A DNA stretch of 64,000 bases from Pseudomonas aeruginosa PAO1 (lineage in GTDB: Bacteria > Pseudomonadota > Gammaproteobacteria > Pseudomonadales > Pseudomonadaceae), in the NCBI RefSeq assembly GCF_000006765.1, contig NC_002516.2. One strand, given 5' to 3'. Below the pieces are notes generated by a model. It was given only the letters and a program-made list of their open reading frames with translations, made no database searches and was not told where the DNA came from. Below are positions 19,373 through 29,304 of the stretch, piece by piece (position 1 is the stretch's first letter; the number at the start of each line of letters is the position of its first letter). A program made the position numbers and the translations under genes.

Positions 19373-22300
19373 CGGCTCGCCTCCTCTGGCATGGGTTTCG
19401 ACAAGGATTGCGCCAGGGCTTCGCCCAGGCAGTCGAAGTGCCCGCCGGGCACCTCGTGGATGCCGCACGCGCCAAGCGCGGCGGCCCGCCATTGGGTCTC
19501 CAGAGCCTCGGCGTAGCGCGGCACCAATGGGTTGCCGGCGTCCGGCACGAACAGCCGCAGCGCGCCGACGTAGGGCTCCGGCGCCTCGGCCTGGCTGGCA
19601 CGCACCGAGTGACAGAACAGCCGGTAGAGGGTGTCGCGTTCGACGCTGACGGCGTCGGCGCTACCGCTGGCCGCCTGTAGCACGCGGCCGCGCAGGGCGA
19701 CGAGATCGGCCAGGCCCGGCAGCCCCGCCAGCGCCTCGGCGACCAGGCGCTCCGGTGTCTGCGCGAGCGCCGCCTGCACCGCCTGGCCGAGACGTTCCGG
19801 CGCGGGGAAGCCGAGCGCCGCGGTATCCAGGCCGAGGGTCGCGGCGAAGCTGAACAACAGCAGGCGCTCGTCGTCCACCCGGTAGGGAATCCGGTAGCTG
19901 GAGACGATATCCAGTTGGCGCACGCGCACCCCGCGCTGGACCAGGGACTTGGCGGTCTCCAGGGCGACCAGCCCGCCGGAGCAGTAGCCGAGCAGGTCGA
20001 CCTCGCGTAGCCCGGCGCGATGGAGCGCCTCGGCGTAGCGGCGGCCGAGGCAGGCGTTGAGATGCTCGGCGGGGATCGCCAGGTAGGCGTCGCTGTCATG
20101 CACGGCCAGCCCCAGCAACGGCCGCCCCTCACCCAGGGCGCGAAGCAGCGGGCGGTACGGCAGTAGCGTGCCGAGGCCTTCGTGGACCAGCACCCGCGGC
20201 ACGCCCTCGCCGGGCACCAGGCGCACCAGCGGGTCGAGCGCCACCGCGCCCTCGGCGAGCGGTGCGCGCGACATGCCGGCCGGCGCCGGGGCGACGCCGC
20301 GCGCCGCGGCCAGGGCTGGCCCACGGCCCTCTTCCGGCGCGCTGCGCAGGCGTTCGGCCAGGCCGCGCGGCGTCGGCTGGCTGAGCGCCCAGCGTAGCAG
20401 GCGATCGAACGGATGCCGACGGGCGCTTTCCAGTCGTTCGCGCAAACGGGCGATCAACTGGGCGATCAACAGCGAGTCGCCGCCGGCCCCGAAGAAGTCT
20501 TGCTCGACGCCCAGCGACGGGTTGTCCAGCACCTCCCGCCAGAGTGCCAGCAGCGCATTCTCCAGTTCGTCGGCCGGTGCCTGCGCGACGCCATGCCGAA
20601 GGTCCGCCTGGGGCTGGCGGGCAAAGCCGGTCAGGGCCTTGCGGTCGATCTTGCCGTTGCCGGTGACCGGCAGGCGTTCGAGCACGCGCAACTGCGCCGG
20701 GAGCATGTAGCGCGGCACCCGCGCTTCGACGAAGGCCAGCAGCTCGGCCGGCTCCAGGCGGGCGCGGTCGGTCTTGCAGCGAGCCAGCAGGACATCGTAG
20801 CCAAGCAGGTCGAGAGCGCTGCCCGGCGGCACCACCCCACAAGCCAGGTCGCCACCCTGTGCCGCCAGCCACTCCAGCCATTGCCCGGTGTGGACGAACA
20901 GTTGGCGGCGCTCGTCGCGGAGGTCGCGCGGGTTTTCCATCATCAGGCTCTGGCTGACGCTGATCTCGTTGTGCTCGCGCGTCAGTTCCTGGATCACCAG
21001 CCAGGCGTCGGCGCTCAGCAACTCGCGCAGGCCGGCCAGCAGCGCCGGGGTGTCCAGCGCGTTGTTCAAGGCCCCGGAGCTGAGCAGGATATCCACCGAG
21101 TGCGGCGCCACGCCCTGGTCGAGAAGATCGCCGTTCATGTCGAAGCGGCCGAAGCGTACCCACGGCTGGTCGGCGAAGCGCTCGCGGGCGGCGGCGAGGA
21201 AGTAGCTGGAAACGTCGGTGAACAGGTAGTCCACCTCCGCCCCTCGCTGCACCAGCGGCGCCAACCGGGCGATCACCGTGCGGCTGGCGGCGGCGGTGCC
21301 GGCGCCAAGCTCCAGCAGGCGCCAGCGCCGTTGCGGCTGGCGCTCGACGATGGCGGCGATGGCCTCGGCCATGGCCTCGTGCAGCGCCTGGGCATGCAGG
21401 CCCTGGCTGTACATGGCCTCGGCGATGCGCGCCGAGCCCTGCGGGAACATCAGCGCCGCCGGGCTGATCCGCCCGGCCAGTTGCTCGCCGAGGGATTGCG
21501 CGCTGTCACGCAGGTAGGCGACCAGCTCGGCCGGCCAGAGCGCCGCCGGCGCGCAGCCGGCGAACGCCGTCCAGGCGTCCTCCGGACTCTGCGCGGGACG
21601 CTCGGCGCAGCCCAGCCAGCCCTCGCCCTCGGCGCGCAGGTAGCCGCCCTCCTCCAGTTGGCGCAACCAGTGGCGCAGCAGGCGCTGGCGCGCCTCGGCG
21701 ATACCCAGGCGCTGGCACAGGGTGGCTAAGTCCAGCGGCGTCGCACTGGCGAACAGACCGCTGCCGGCCAGCCAGGCGGCCAACGAGGCGAGGCAGGCAC
21801 GGTCGAGTGCGGCCACCGCCGCGGCGATGCCCTCCTCGCTGCCCCAGTCGCGGCGCAAGGCCTGGGCCGCCCGCTGGCGCACCGCGTCGAGCGCCGTACG
21901 CGGATCCTCGCCAGCCTCCACCGGCGCATGCAGGGTGACGAAGCTGGCCAGGCTGCGCTCGTGGGTCTCGCCGAGCACCACGGTGGCCGCCAGGTTGACC
22001 TGCGGATGAGCGCACAGCGCGGCGTCCAGTTCGGCCAGTTCGATGCGGTGGCCGCGAATCTTCACCTGGTCGTCCTCGCGGCCGAGGAACTCGATGCTGC
22101 CGTCGGCCAGGTAGCGGCCGAGGTCGCCGGTGCGATACAGGCGACGGCCATCGGGGTGACGGACGAAGCGTTCGGCGGTGCGCTGCGGATCGCCGGCGTA
22201 GCCGAGCGCCAGGCCCACCCCGCCGATATGGATCTCGCCGCGCACGCCCGGCGGGCAGCGCCGCCCGCGGGCATCCAGGACTTCCACGCTCTGCCCGCGC

Positions 22301-24798
22301 AGGGCACGGCCATAAGGGATGCTGGCCAGCTCGGTGTGCTGCGGGCGGATCGGCTGCTCGATCGACCAGATCGCCGCCTCGGTGGCGCCGCCCAGGCTGA
22401 ACAGCGCGCTGTCCGGCCAGCGCCGCCACCAGCGGGTCGGCAGGCTGACCGGAATCCAGTCACCGGACCAGAGCACGCAGCGCGGTCCCGGCAGGTGACG
22501 TTGCGGCTCGCTCTCCAGGTAATCGATGAGCATCTGGCCTTGGGCCGGCACCGAGTTCCACAGGGTGATGGCGTGGCGTTCCAGCAGTTCCGCCCAGTGC
22601 GATGGATCGCTGCCGCGCGCCGGGTCCGGGAGGACCACCTGGGCCCCCGCCGCGGTGGCGCCGAAGAAGTCGTAGACCGAGAGGTCGAAGCTCAGCTCGG
22701 CGAGGCCGAGGACGCGGTCGTTGGCGTCGACGCCGTAGCGCTGGTTGATGTCGAGCAGCGTGTTGCTCACCGCCGCATGGCTGAGCATCACGCCCTTTGG
22801 CGTGCCGGTGGAGCCGGAGGTGTAGATCACGTAGGCGAGGTCGTCCGCCGCCACCTCCGCCGCGGGCGGTGGCGGCCAGGCGCTGTCGGCGGCCAGCCGG
22901 TCGATGGCCACGCAGGCGCAGCCGACGTCCGGGACATCGCTTTCCAGGCAGACCAGCGCGACCACTTCGGCGCTGGCGAGGATCGCCTGGCGCCGCAGCG
23001 GAGGCTGGCGGATGTCCACCGGCACATAGGCGGCGCCGGCCTGGAGGATGCCGATCACCGCGACCAATTGCGCGGCGCTTTTCGGCAGCATCACCGCGAC
23101 CCGCCGGCCACGGCCCGCGCCGTGCGCTTCCAGGACGCGGCGCAGGGCGCTGGCGTGCTGGGCGACCTGGCGGTAGCTGTAGCTGCCGGCGGCATCGTGG
23201 ATCGCCGTGGCGTCGGGGGTCAGCAGGGCACGCTCGGCGAAACCGGCGGCGATGCTCCGGGCACTACCGGGCAACGCCTGCGGCGGCGCCTCGACGGGTT
23301 CCGTGGCATCGCCGTCGGTCCAGGCGCGCGGGCTCTGCGCCAGGCGCCGGAGCAGCCCGACGAAGTCGTCGAACATGGCTTCCGCCTGGCCCTCGGGGAA
23401 CAACCCGAGGCGTACGTCCCAGCCGATCTCCAGGCCGCCGAACTGGTCGGTGACCTGGCAGTCCAGCCAGACCTGCGGGGTCTGGCTGATCATGTAGCGT
23501 GGCGCGCGCGGCGCCTCGCCATCGCCGAGCAGGCGCTGCACGCTGCCGATGCCACTGGTGAACACCACCGGCATCAGATCGGCGCCGCGACCACGCCGGC
23601 GCGCCAGTTCGCGCAGCAGGTCGACGCCGCTGAAGGTCGGGTGGTCGAGGTCGTCGAACATCTGCTCGCCGATGCGTCGGGCACGCTCGACGAAACTGTC
23701 GCCGTGGCGGCTGTCCACTGCCAGCAGGCTGAGCGCGGTGAAGTCACCGAGCACCTGCGCCAGCTGCGGATGCAGCGGCGGCCGGTTGAGTACCGTCAGG
23801 TTGAGACAGAACGCCGGTGCCTGGCTCCAGCGACCGATGGTCTCGGCGAAGGCCGCCAAGGCCACGCCGGCAGCGCTCAGGCCGTGTTCGCCGGCGCGCG
23901 CGCCGAGCGCCTGCCAGGCGGCCTCGTCGAGGCGCGCGTGGAAGTGCCGGAAGCGCGTGGACCGGGTGTCCGGCTGCACCCGCAGCGGCAGGTCGGGACG
24001 CCCCGGTAGCGCGTCGAGACGCGCCAGCCACCAGTCGCGGTCGCGCTGCCAGGCTGGCGACTGGCGTCGGCGCTGCTCGACGCCGACATAGTCGCGGAAG
24101 GTCGCCTCCAGCGGTTCCGCCGTCCATTGCGGATCGAGATAGCGGCGGCGCCATTCGCCAAGCAGCAATTGCAGGCTGGCGTAGTCGACCAGGGTGAAAT
24201 CCACCGAGCAGTGCAGTACGCAGGCATCCCGGCCGATACTCAGCTCGGGGCGCAGGACCGGCCACTGGTCGAGCGCCGCGCAGGCGTGGTCGAGGCGTTC
24301 GCGGACCCGCTCCAGGTGCGCCTGGAAAGCGGCCTCGTCGAGCCCCGCGCAGGCATGCACGGTCAGCCGCTGCCAGGGCACCTCGGGCAGCACGCGCTGC
24401 CAGGCGTTGTCCTCGATCACCGCGCGCAGCATCGGGTGGCGCTCGACCATGGCGTTCCAGGCCGCCTCCAGGCGCGCCGGATCGGTGTCGGCCGGCCAGT
24501 CGTACTCGGCGTACAGCTGGCAGGCGTTACCGCCGTAGTCGAAGGCCGCCTGGCGGCCCAGCACGTAGGCGGCCTGCACCGGGGTCAGCGGGAAGCGCTG
24601 GTGGGCCATGTCGGGTTCGGCGCGCCAGCCAGGGCCGCCTTCCAGGTGTTCCAGCAGGGCCTCGCGCTCGGCCCGCAGGCGCTCGGCGAGGCCGGCGTCG
24701 AGGGCACCCTGGGGGGCGCGATAGCGCAGGCGGCCCGCCTCGCTCCAGAGTTCGATGCGCCGGCTGCGGCAGGTTTCCAGCAGTTCGCCGAGGCTCAT
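19369..24798 (-). CDS. pchF: Pyochelin synthetase (Cy-A-MT-PCP-TE)
   Basis: 1809 aa; DFTLVD Cy motif, YTSGSTGTPKG, ELGAGT, GGDSL, GYCSGG. Confidence 0.98.
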   Translation of the reverse strand: MSLGELLETCRSRRIELWSEAGRLRYRAPQGALDAGLAERLRAEREALLEHLEGGPGWRAEPDMAHQRFPLTPVQAAYVLGRQAAFDYGGNACQLYAEYDWPADTDPARLEAAWNAMVERHPMLRAVIEDNAWQRVLPEVPWQRLTVHACAGLDEAAFQAHLERVRERLDHACAALDQWPVLRPELSIGRDACVLHCSVDFTLVDYASLQLLLGEWRRRYLDPQWTAEPLEATFRDYVGVEQRRRQSPAWQRDRDWWLARLDALPGRPDLPLRVQPDTRSTRFRHFHARLDEAAWQALGARAGEHGLSAAGVALAAFAETIGRWSQAPAFCLNLTVLNRPPLHPQLAQVLGDFTALSLLAVDSRHGDSFVERARRIGEQMFDDLDHPTFSGVDLLRELARRRGRGADLMPVVFTSGIGSVQRLLGDGEAPRAPRYMISQTPQVWLDCQVTDQFGGLEIGWDVRLGLFPEGQAEAMFDDFVGLLRRLAQSPRAWTDGDATEPVEAPPQALPGSARSIAAGFAERALLTPDATAIHDAAGSYSYRQVAQHASALRRVLEAHGAGRGRRVAVMLPKSAAQLVAVIGILQAGAAYVPVDIRQPPLRRQAILASAEVVALVCLESDVPDVGCACVAIDRLAADSAWPPPPAAEVAADDLAYVIYTSGSTGTPKGVMLSHAAVSNTLLDINQRYGVDANDRVLGLAELSFDLSVYDFFGATAAGAQVVLPDPARGSDPSHWAELLERHAITLWNSVPAQGQMLIDYLESEPQRHLPGPRCVLWSGDWIPVSLPTRWWRRWPDSALFSLGGATEAAIWSIEQPIRPQHTELASIPYGRALRGQSVEVLDARGRRCPPGVRGEIHIGGVGLALGYAGDPQRTAERFVRHPDGRRLYRTGDLGRYLADGSIEFLGREDDQVKIRGHRIELAELDAALCAHPQVNLAATVVLGETHERSLASFVTLHAPVEAGEDPRTALDAVRQRAAQALRRDWGSEEGIAAAVAALDRACLASLAAWLAGSGLFASATPLDLATLCQRLGIAEARQRLLRHWLRQLEEGGYLRAEGEGWLGCAERPAQSPEDAWTAFAGCAPAALWPAELVAYLRDSAQSLGEQLAGRISPAALMFPQGSARIAEAMYSQGLHAQALHEAMAEAIAAIVERQPQRRWRLLELGAGTAAASRTVIARLAPLVQRGAEVDYLFTDVSSYFLAAARERFADQPWVRFGRFDMNGDLLDQGVAPHSVDILLSSGALNNALDTPALLAGLRELLSADAWLVIQELTREHNEISVSQSLMMENPRDLRDERRQLFVHTGQWLEWLAAQGGDLACGVVPPGSALDLLGYDVLLARCKTDRARLEPAELLAFVEARVPRYMLPAQLRVLERLPVTGNGKIDRKALTGFARQPQADLRHGVAQAPADELENALLALWREVLDNPSLGVEQDFFGAGGDSLLIAQLIARLRERLESARRHPFDRLLRWALSQPTPRGLAERLRSAPEEGRGPALAAARGVAPAPAGMSRAPLAEGAVALDPLVRLVPGEGVPRVLVHEGLGTLLPYRPLLRALGEGRPLLGLAVHDSDAYLAIPAEHLNACLGRRYAEALHRAGLREVDLLGYCSGGLVALETAKSLVQRGVRVRQLDIVSSYRIPYRVDDERLLLFSFAATLGLDTAALGFPAPERLGQAVQAALAQTPERLVAEALAGLPGLADLVALRGRVLQAASGSADAVSVERDTLYRLFCHSVRASQAEAPEPYVGALRLFVPDAGNPLVPRYAEALETQWRAAALGACGIHEVPGGHFDCLGEALAQSLSKPMPEEASR

Positions 24799-27700
24799 AG
24801 CACGCCCTCTTCCAGTTGGGTTTCCTCGATTTCGACGGTCTGCACCTGCAAGTGGCGGGCAAGACCGGCCAGGGTCGGCTGGCGATAGAAGTCGGCCATG
24901 CCCAGGCGTACGCCGAAACGCTCACGTATGCCGGCCAGCAGGCGGGTCGCCAGCAGGCTGTCGCCGCCGAGGCTGAAGAAGCTCGCCTCGCGACGACGCA
25001 CCGGGCGTTTGAGAACCGCTTCCCAGCACTCGGCCAGCGCTTGCTCATGGGCTTCCAGCGGCTCCTCCGCCGAGGGCTCGTGACGACACTCGCCGAGTGC
25101 GCGGGTCATGCTCTCGGCCAGGCGGCGACGATCGACCTTGCCATTGCCGTTCAACGGCAGGCTTGGCAGGCACCACAGGCGTTCGGGCCGCATCGCCTGG
25201 GGCAGGCGTTGCTCCAGGCCGGCCTGGAGCGCGGCGGCGTCGAGCCCGAGTCCCGGTGCCAGCGCCTCGACCAGGGCGATCCGCTCGCTGCGCCACAGGC
25301 AACGCGGCGCCAGTCCCGCAGCGGCGAGATCGGCCAACAGGCTCGGCAGCTCCGCCAGGCGCAGCGGCCGGTCGTCGAGCAAGGCCGCACCGAGCAGCGC
25401 CAGTGGCGACTCGCATAGCAGGTCCACCAGCAACAGGCGGCCCTGCGGGCGCAGCAGCGCCGCCGCCAGCGCCAGGCCTTCGCGGCTGGCCTCGTAGGCG
25501 TGCAGCGCGGCGAAGCTGATCACCCGGTCGTAGCGACCGAGGTGCTCGGCAGGTAGCAGGCCGTCGTCCAGCGCCTGCACCACGATCCGTTCCGGCAAGC
25601 GGGTGGCGGCGGCGTCGAGGAGGACGCGGCTGCGTTCGAAGAGGGTCAGTTCCAGCCCTGGGCGCAACAGCGAGGCCATGCCCTGGTCGAGCCAGAGCCC
25701 GGCGCGGGTATCCAGCACCGCCACCCGCAGGCGTTCGCCGGCAGCCGGCGTCGGCAGCGCTTCGAGCAGGCGCGCCAGGGCCTCGCGGCCGTCCGGCAGG
25801 CGCGCGGCCACCGCCTGCGGCGCCAGCCAGGGATCGAGGAGCAGCGCGGCCGGCGCCTGTTCGCCGGCGAGCAGGCCGCGCAGAGCGTTGCCCATCGCGG
25901 TCAGCCCCGCGGCCTGCCAGCCGAGCCGGCGCAACGCCTCGTCGAGCGACGGCAGCGCGCTGGCGGCGGAGTCCGCTAGCCAGTCCAGCCAGCGCCGGCG
26001 CAAACCGTCGTCTAGCTCCAGCGGCGCCTCCAGCAGCGCGCCGAGGATTTCCCGGGTGAGTACCGCCTCGGCCTCTGCCAGGCCGGCGAAGGGCTGTGCG
26101 GCCGGTAGATCCATGGAGCCTTCGGCCCGTGGCGCCAGGCGCGGTACCAGCACCGCGCCGAGGCTCGCCACGCCACCGCCGAGCACCGCCGCGCAGGCGC
26201 TCTCCACGCCAGCCTGGGCGCACAGCGCGGCCTCCACCTCGCCCAACTCGATGCGCTGGCCGCGCACTTTCACCTGCTGGTCGACCCGACCGAGGAATTC
26301 CAGGGTACCGTCGCCCCAGTAGCGACCGCGATCGCCGGTGCGATACCAGCGGCCCTGGGCATCGTGGACGAAACGCCGGGCGCTGAGTTCGGGATCGTTG
26401 CGATAGCCGCGGGCCAGGCTGGCGCCGCCGATCCACAGCTCGCCGACCACCAGGTCCGGCACGTCGCGCCCGTGGGTGTCGACCACCCGGTAGGCCTGTC
26501 CCGGCAATGGCCGGCCGTAGGGAATCGAACGCCAGTGCGGCGGCACCGTATCGACGCTCTGCAGGTTCGACCAGATGCCCGCTTCGGTAGCGCCACCCAG
26601 CACATGCAGGCGGCAGCCTTCGGCACAACGTGGGCGCAGGCGGCCGGGCAGGTCCAGGGCCACCCAGTCGCCGGACAGCAGCACCGCCCGCAGACTGCGA
26701 TAGTCGGCCTGGCTCGCCGGCAGGCTGAGGGCCATCTCCAGCAAGGCCGGCGCCGAGTTCCACAGGCTCACCGCATGCCGCTGGATAGCCTCCGCCCAGG
26801 CAGCGGCATCGCGCGCCTGTTCCTGGGCCGGCAGGACCAGGCTGGCACCGGCGCCGAGGCCGCCGAACAGGTCGAAGACCGACAGATCGAAGTCCAGCGC
26901 GGAGACCGCCAGCAAGCGATCCGATGCGTTCACCCGCAGCAGGTCGAGCAGCGCGTCGATGGTATTGATCGCCGCCGCGTGGCTGACCTCGACGCCCTTG
27001 GGCACCCCGGTGGAGCCCGAGGTGTAGATCACATAGGCACTCGCCTGCGGCGCCAGCGGCACGGGGGCGGCCAGCGCCGGGCCGCGCAGCAGGCGCTGGA
27101 CATCCAGGCGCGGCGGCAAGGCCTGCGGATCGTCCTCCTCGGTGATCGCCAGGCATACCCCGGCGGCCTCTTCGATCAGGCGCCGCCGTGCGGGCGGCTG
27201 GTCGATGTCCAGCGGCACGTAGCAGGCGCCTGCGGCGAGCACGCCGAATACCGCCGCGACCTGCTGCGGTCCGCGCGGCAGGCTGACCTCGACCGCGTCG
27301 CCAGGGCGCACCCCGGCTTCGCGCAGGCCGCCGGCGATGCGCAGCGCACGCTCGGCCAGTTCGCCGCGGGTGACACGTTGGTCGCGATAGAGCAGCGCGT
27401 CGGCATCCGGCGCCTCGGCGGCGCGAAGGAAGAAGTCGCGATGCAGGGTGCGCGCCGTGGCGCATGCCGGCTGGCCGTTGAGCAGGGCCCGGCGCGCCTG
27501 CTGCGCCCAGGGCAACGGCAGATCGGCGGGCTGCCCCCAGGCGCTGTCGCAGAGACGCTGGAGCAGCCCCACGTAGGCTTCGAACATGGTTTCCGGCAGA
27601 CCTTCGGGGAACAGGCCGACGACGCTATCCCAGGCCAGCAGGATACCGTCGCCCACCCGGTAGAGCTGGTGGTCGAGCCAGACCTGCGGGGTCTGCGAGA

Positions 27701-29111
27701 GCATGTCGTGGAGATCGCCGAAAGCGTCGCGGAAGGCCGCCGGGACGAAGCCCTCCTCGCCCAGGTTGCTGGCGAACACCACCGGCGCCGAGCGTGGCTG
27801 GCCCTGCCGGCGCGCCTCGCGGAGCACCTCCAGGGCGGGGAATGCGGCGTGGTCGATGGCTCCGTGGAGGTTGCGCTGGAAGCTCTTCACCGCCTCGGCG
27901 AAGGACACCCCGGCCTGCATCCGGCACTCCAGCAGCAACAGGGTGGTGAAGTCGGCGATCACCTCGCCGATACGCGGGTCGTCGGCATGCCGATCGAACA
28001 ACGGCACGTTGAGGAGAAATTCCGCGCTTTCGCTCCAGCGCGCCAGGACCAGCGCGAAGGCGCAGCCGAACACGCTGGACAAGGTCACGCCATGCTGCGC
28101 GGCAAGACGCTCCAGGCGCCGGCTCTCGCCGGCGGAAAGCTGGAATGCCAGGCGCCGGGTGCGCGGCTGGCGGATGCTTTCCGGCGCGCAGGCCAACGGC
28201 AGGGCCGGCGCGTCCGGCAAGCGCGGCAGGCGTTCCAGCCAGTAGTCGCGGGCCCGCGCCGCGGCCTCGGCGCGTTGCGCCGCACGGTGCGCCAGGTAGT
28301 CGGCGAAATGCAGCGCCGGCGGCTCCGCCAGGCGCTCCGGCGCCAGGTAGGCAACGCCCAGTTCGGCCAGCAGCAGGCGCAGGCTTTCGACATCGGCGGC
28401 AAGCAGGTCGAGACTCAGCCAGAGGCGATCCTCGCCGCCCGGCATGCGCACCAGCCCGAGCAGGAACACCTGGCCGCGCTCCACCGCCAGGCATTCATGG
28501 GCGCGCCAGTCGCGCAGCGCCTGCCAGTCGCGCTCGGCCTCGTCCACCTGTAAGGTGCGCCAGTCCTGCAGGTCGAAGCAGGACAGCGGCGGCGTCGGAA
28601 GGATCTGCTGGCGACCGTCGAGGAAGCGCGCCCGCAACATCGGGTGGCGTTGACGCACGCACTCCGCCGCCGCGGCCAGGCGCTGCGGGTCGACATCCCG
28701 CGTGCGGAATTCCAGAAAGGCATGGCAGCTGACGTTGCCCAGCACCTCGCCGGCGCCACGTCCCAGCCAGTAGGCCTGCTGCACGGAAGACAGCTCGAAC
28801 GGCTGATCGCGATCCTGCGCCGTCGGCAGCGCGACCGTTGCCGGGGCGGACAGCCGGTCCGCGCAGGCCAGCAGGTCGAGCCAGGCCCCCAGGCAGGGGC
28901 GCTGCGCCAACTGGGCGAAGTCCAGCGTCGAGCCACGCGCGCGCAGGCGTTCCTGCAGGTACATCAGGCGGATCGAGTCGAGGCCGCAGCCCAGCAGGTC
29001 GTCGTCGTCCGCCAGGGCGCGCACGTCAGCAAGCGGTTCGCCGAGCAGGTCGGCGAGCTGCTCGGTCAGCCAGTCGCGCAGGGCGGTACGGGAATCGGGG
29101 GGCAGATCCAT
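24795..29111 (-). CDS. pchE: Dihydroaeruginoic acid synthetase (ArCP-Cy-A-E-PCP)
   Basis: 1438 aa; GLDSI, DLLAAD, YTSGSTGVPKG, GGDSL. Confidence 0.98.
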   Translation of the reverse strand: MDLPPDSRTALRDWLTEQLADLLGEPLADVRALADDDDLLGCGLDSIRLMYLQERLRARGSTLDFAQLAQRPCLGAWLDLLACADRLSAPATVALPTAQDRDQPFELSSVQQAYWLGRGAGEVLGNVSCHAFLEFRTRDVDPQRLAAAAECVRQRHPMLRARFLDGRQQILPTPPLSCFDLQDWRTLQVDEAERDWQALRDWRAHECLAVERGQVFLLGLVRMPGGEDRLWLSLDLLAADVESLRLLLAELGVAYLAPERLAEPPALHFADYLAHRAAQRAEAAARARDYWLERLPRLPDAPALPLACAPESIRQPRTRRLAFQLSAGESRRLERLAAQHGVTLSSVFGCAFALVLARWSESAEFLLNVPLFDRHADDPRIGEVIADFTTLLLLECRMQAGVSFAEAVKSFQRNLHGAIDHAAFPALEVLREARRQGQPRSAPVVFASNLGEEGFVPAAFRDAFGDLHDMLSQTPQVWLDHQLYRVGDGILLAWDSVVGLFPEGLPETMFEAYVGLLQRLCDSAWGQPADLPLPWAQQARRALLNGQPACATARTLHRDFFLRAAEAPDADALLYRDQRVTRGELAERALRIAGGLREAGVRPGDAVEVSLPRGPQQVAAVFGVLAAGACYVPLDIDQPPARRRLIEEAAGVCLAITEEDDPQALPPRLDVQRLLRGPALAAPVPLAPQASAYVIYTSGSTGVPKGVEVSHAAAINTIDALLDLLRVNASDRLLAVSALDFDLSVFDLFGGLGAGASLVLPAQEQARDAAAWAEAIQRHAVSLWNSAPALLEMALSLPASQADYRSLRAVLLSGDWVALDLPGRLRPRCAEGCRLHVLGGATEAGIWSNLQSVDTVPPHWRSIPYGRPLPGQAYRVVDTHGRDVPDLVVGELWIGGASLARGYRNDPELSARRFVHDAQGRWYRTGDRGRYWGDGTLEFLGRVDQQVKVRGQRIELGEVEAALCAQAGVESACAAVLGGGVASLGAVLVPRLAPRAEGSMDLPAAQPFAGLAEAEAVLTREILGALLEAPLELDDGLRRRWLDWLADSAASALPSLDEALRRLGWQAAGLTAMGNALRGLLAGEQAPAALLLDPWLAPQAVAARLPDGREALARLLEALPTPAAGERLRVAVLDTRAGLWLDQGMASLLRPGLELTLFERSRVLLDAAATRLPERIVVQALDDGLLPAEHLGRYDRVISFAALHAYEASREGLALAAALLRPQGRLLLVDLLCESPLALLGAALLDDRPLRLAELPSLLADLAAAGLAPRCLWRSERIALVEALAPGLGLDAAALQAGLEQRLPQAMRPERLWCLPSLPLNGNGKVDRRRLAESMTRALGECRHEPSAEEPLEAHEQALAECWEAVLKRPVRRREASFFSLGGDSLLATRLLAGIRERFGVRLGMADFYRQPTLAGLARHLQVQTVEIEETQLEEGVL

Positions 29112-29154
29112 GGGGGCTCCCTAGGGCAAGCATCTGAGGTCGGTTGCCAGTTCC

Positions 29155-29186
29155 TGGCAACGATTATCAAATGCGACCTTATCTCA
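29155..29186 (-). promoter_or_regulatory. Fur box region of the pchE promoter
   Basis: TGGCAACGATTATCA (29155-29169) matches 11/14 informative positions of TGATAATnATTATCA, followed by a weaker repeat. Confidence 0.6.
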
Positions 29187-29214
29187 CTTGCCTGGGAGGC
29201 CTGGCCGGCAATGC

Positions 29215-29240
29215 TTTAGACAGCCGGACTGTTTCGTTAG
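29215..29240 (-). promoter_or_regulatory. PchR box (pchE)
   Basis: Minus strand CTAACGAAACAGTCCGGCTGTCTAAA, 17/26 to the fptA box without gaps. Confidence 0.65.
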
Positions 29241-29304
29241 ATGCAGCGTCATCCCGCAGCGGCGACGCCCCTCCCGTGGCCGGGTCGGGGGTCGTCGCGG
29301 AGAC

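Noticed and set aside
29249-29292. GC-rich hairpin after pchR as a terminator
   Set aside because: It pairs well only on the plus strand via G-U pairs and has no U-tract on the pchR strand.
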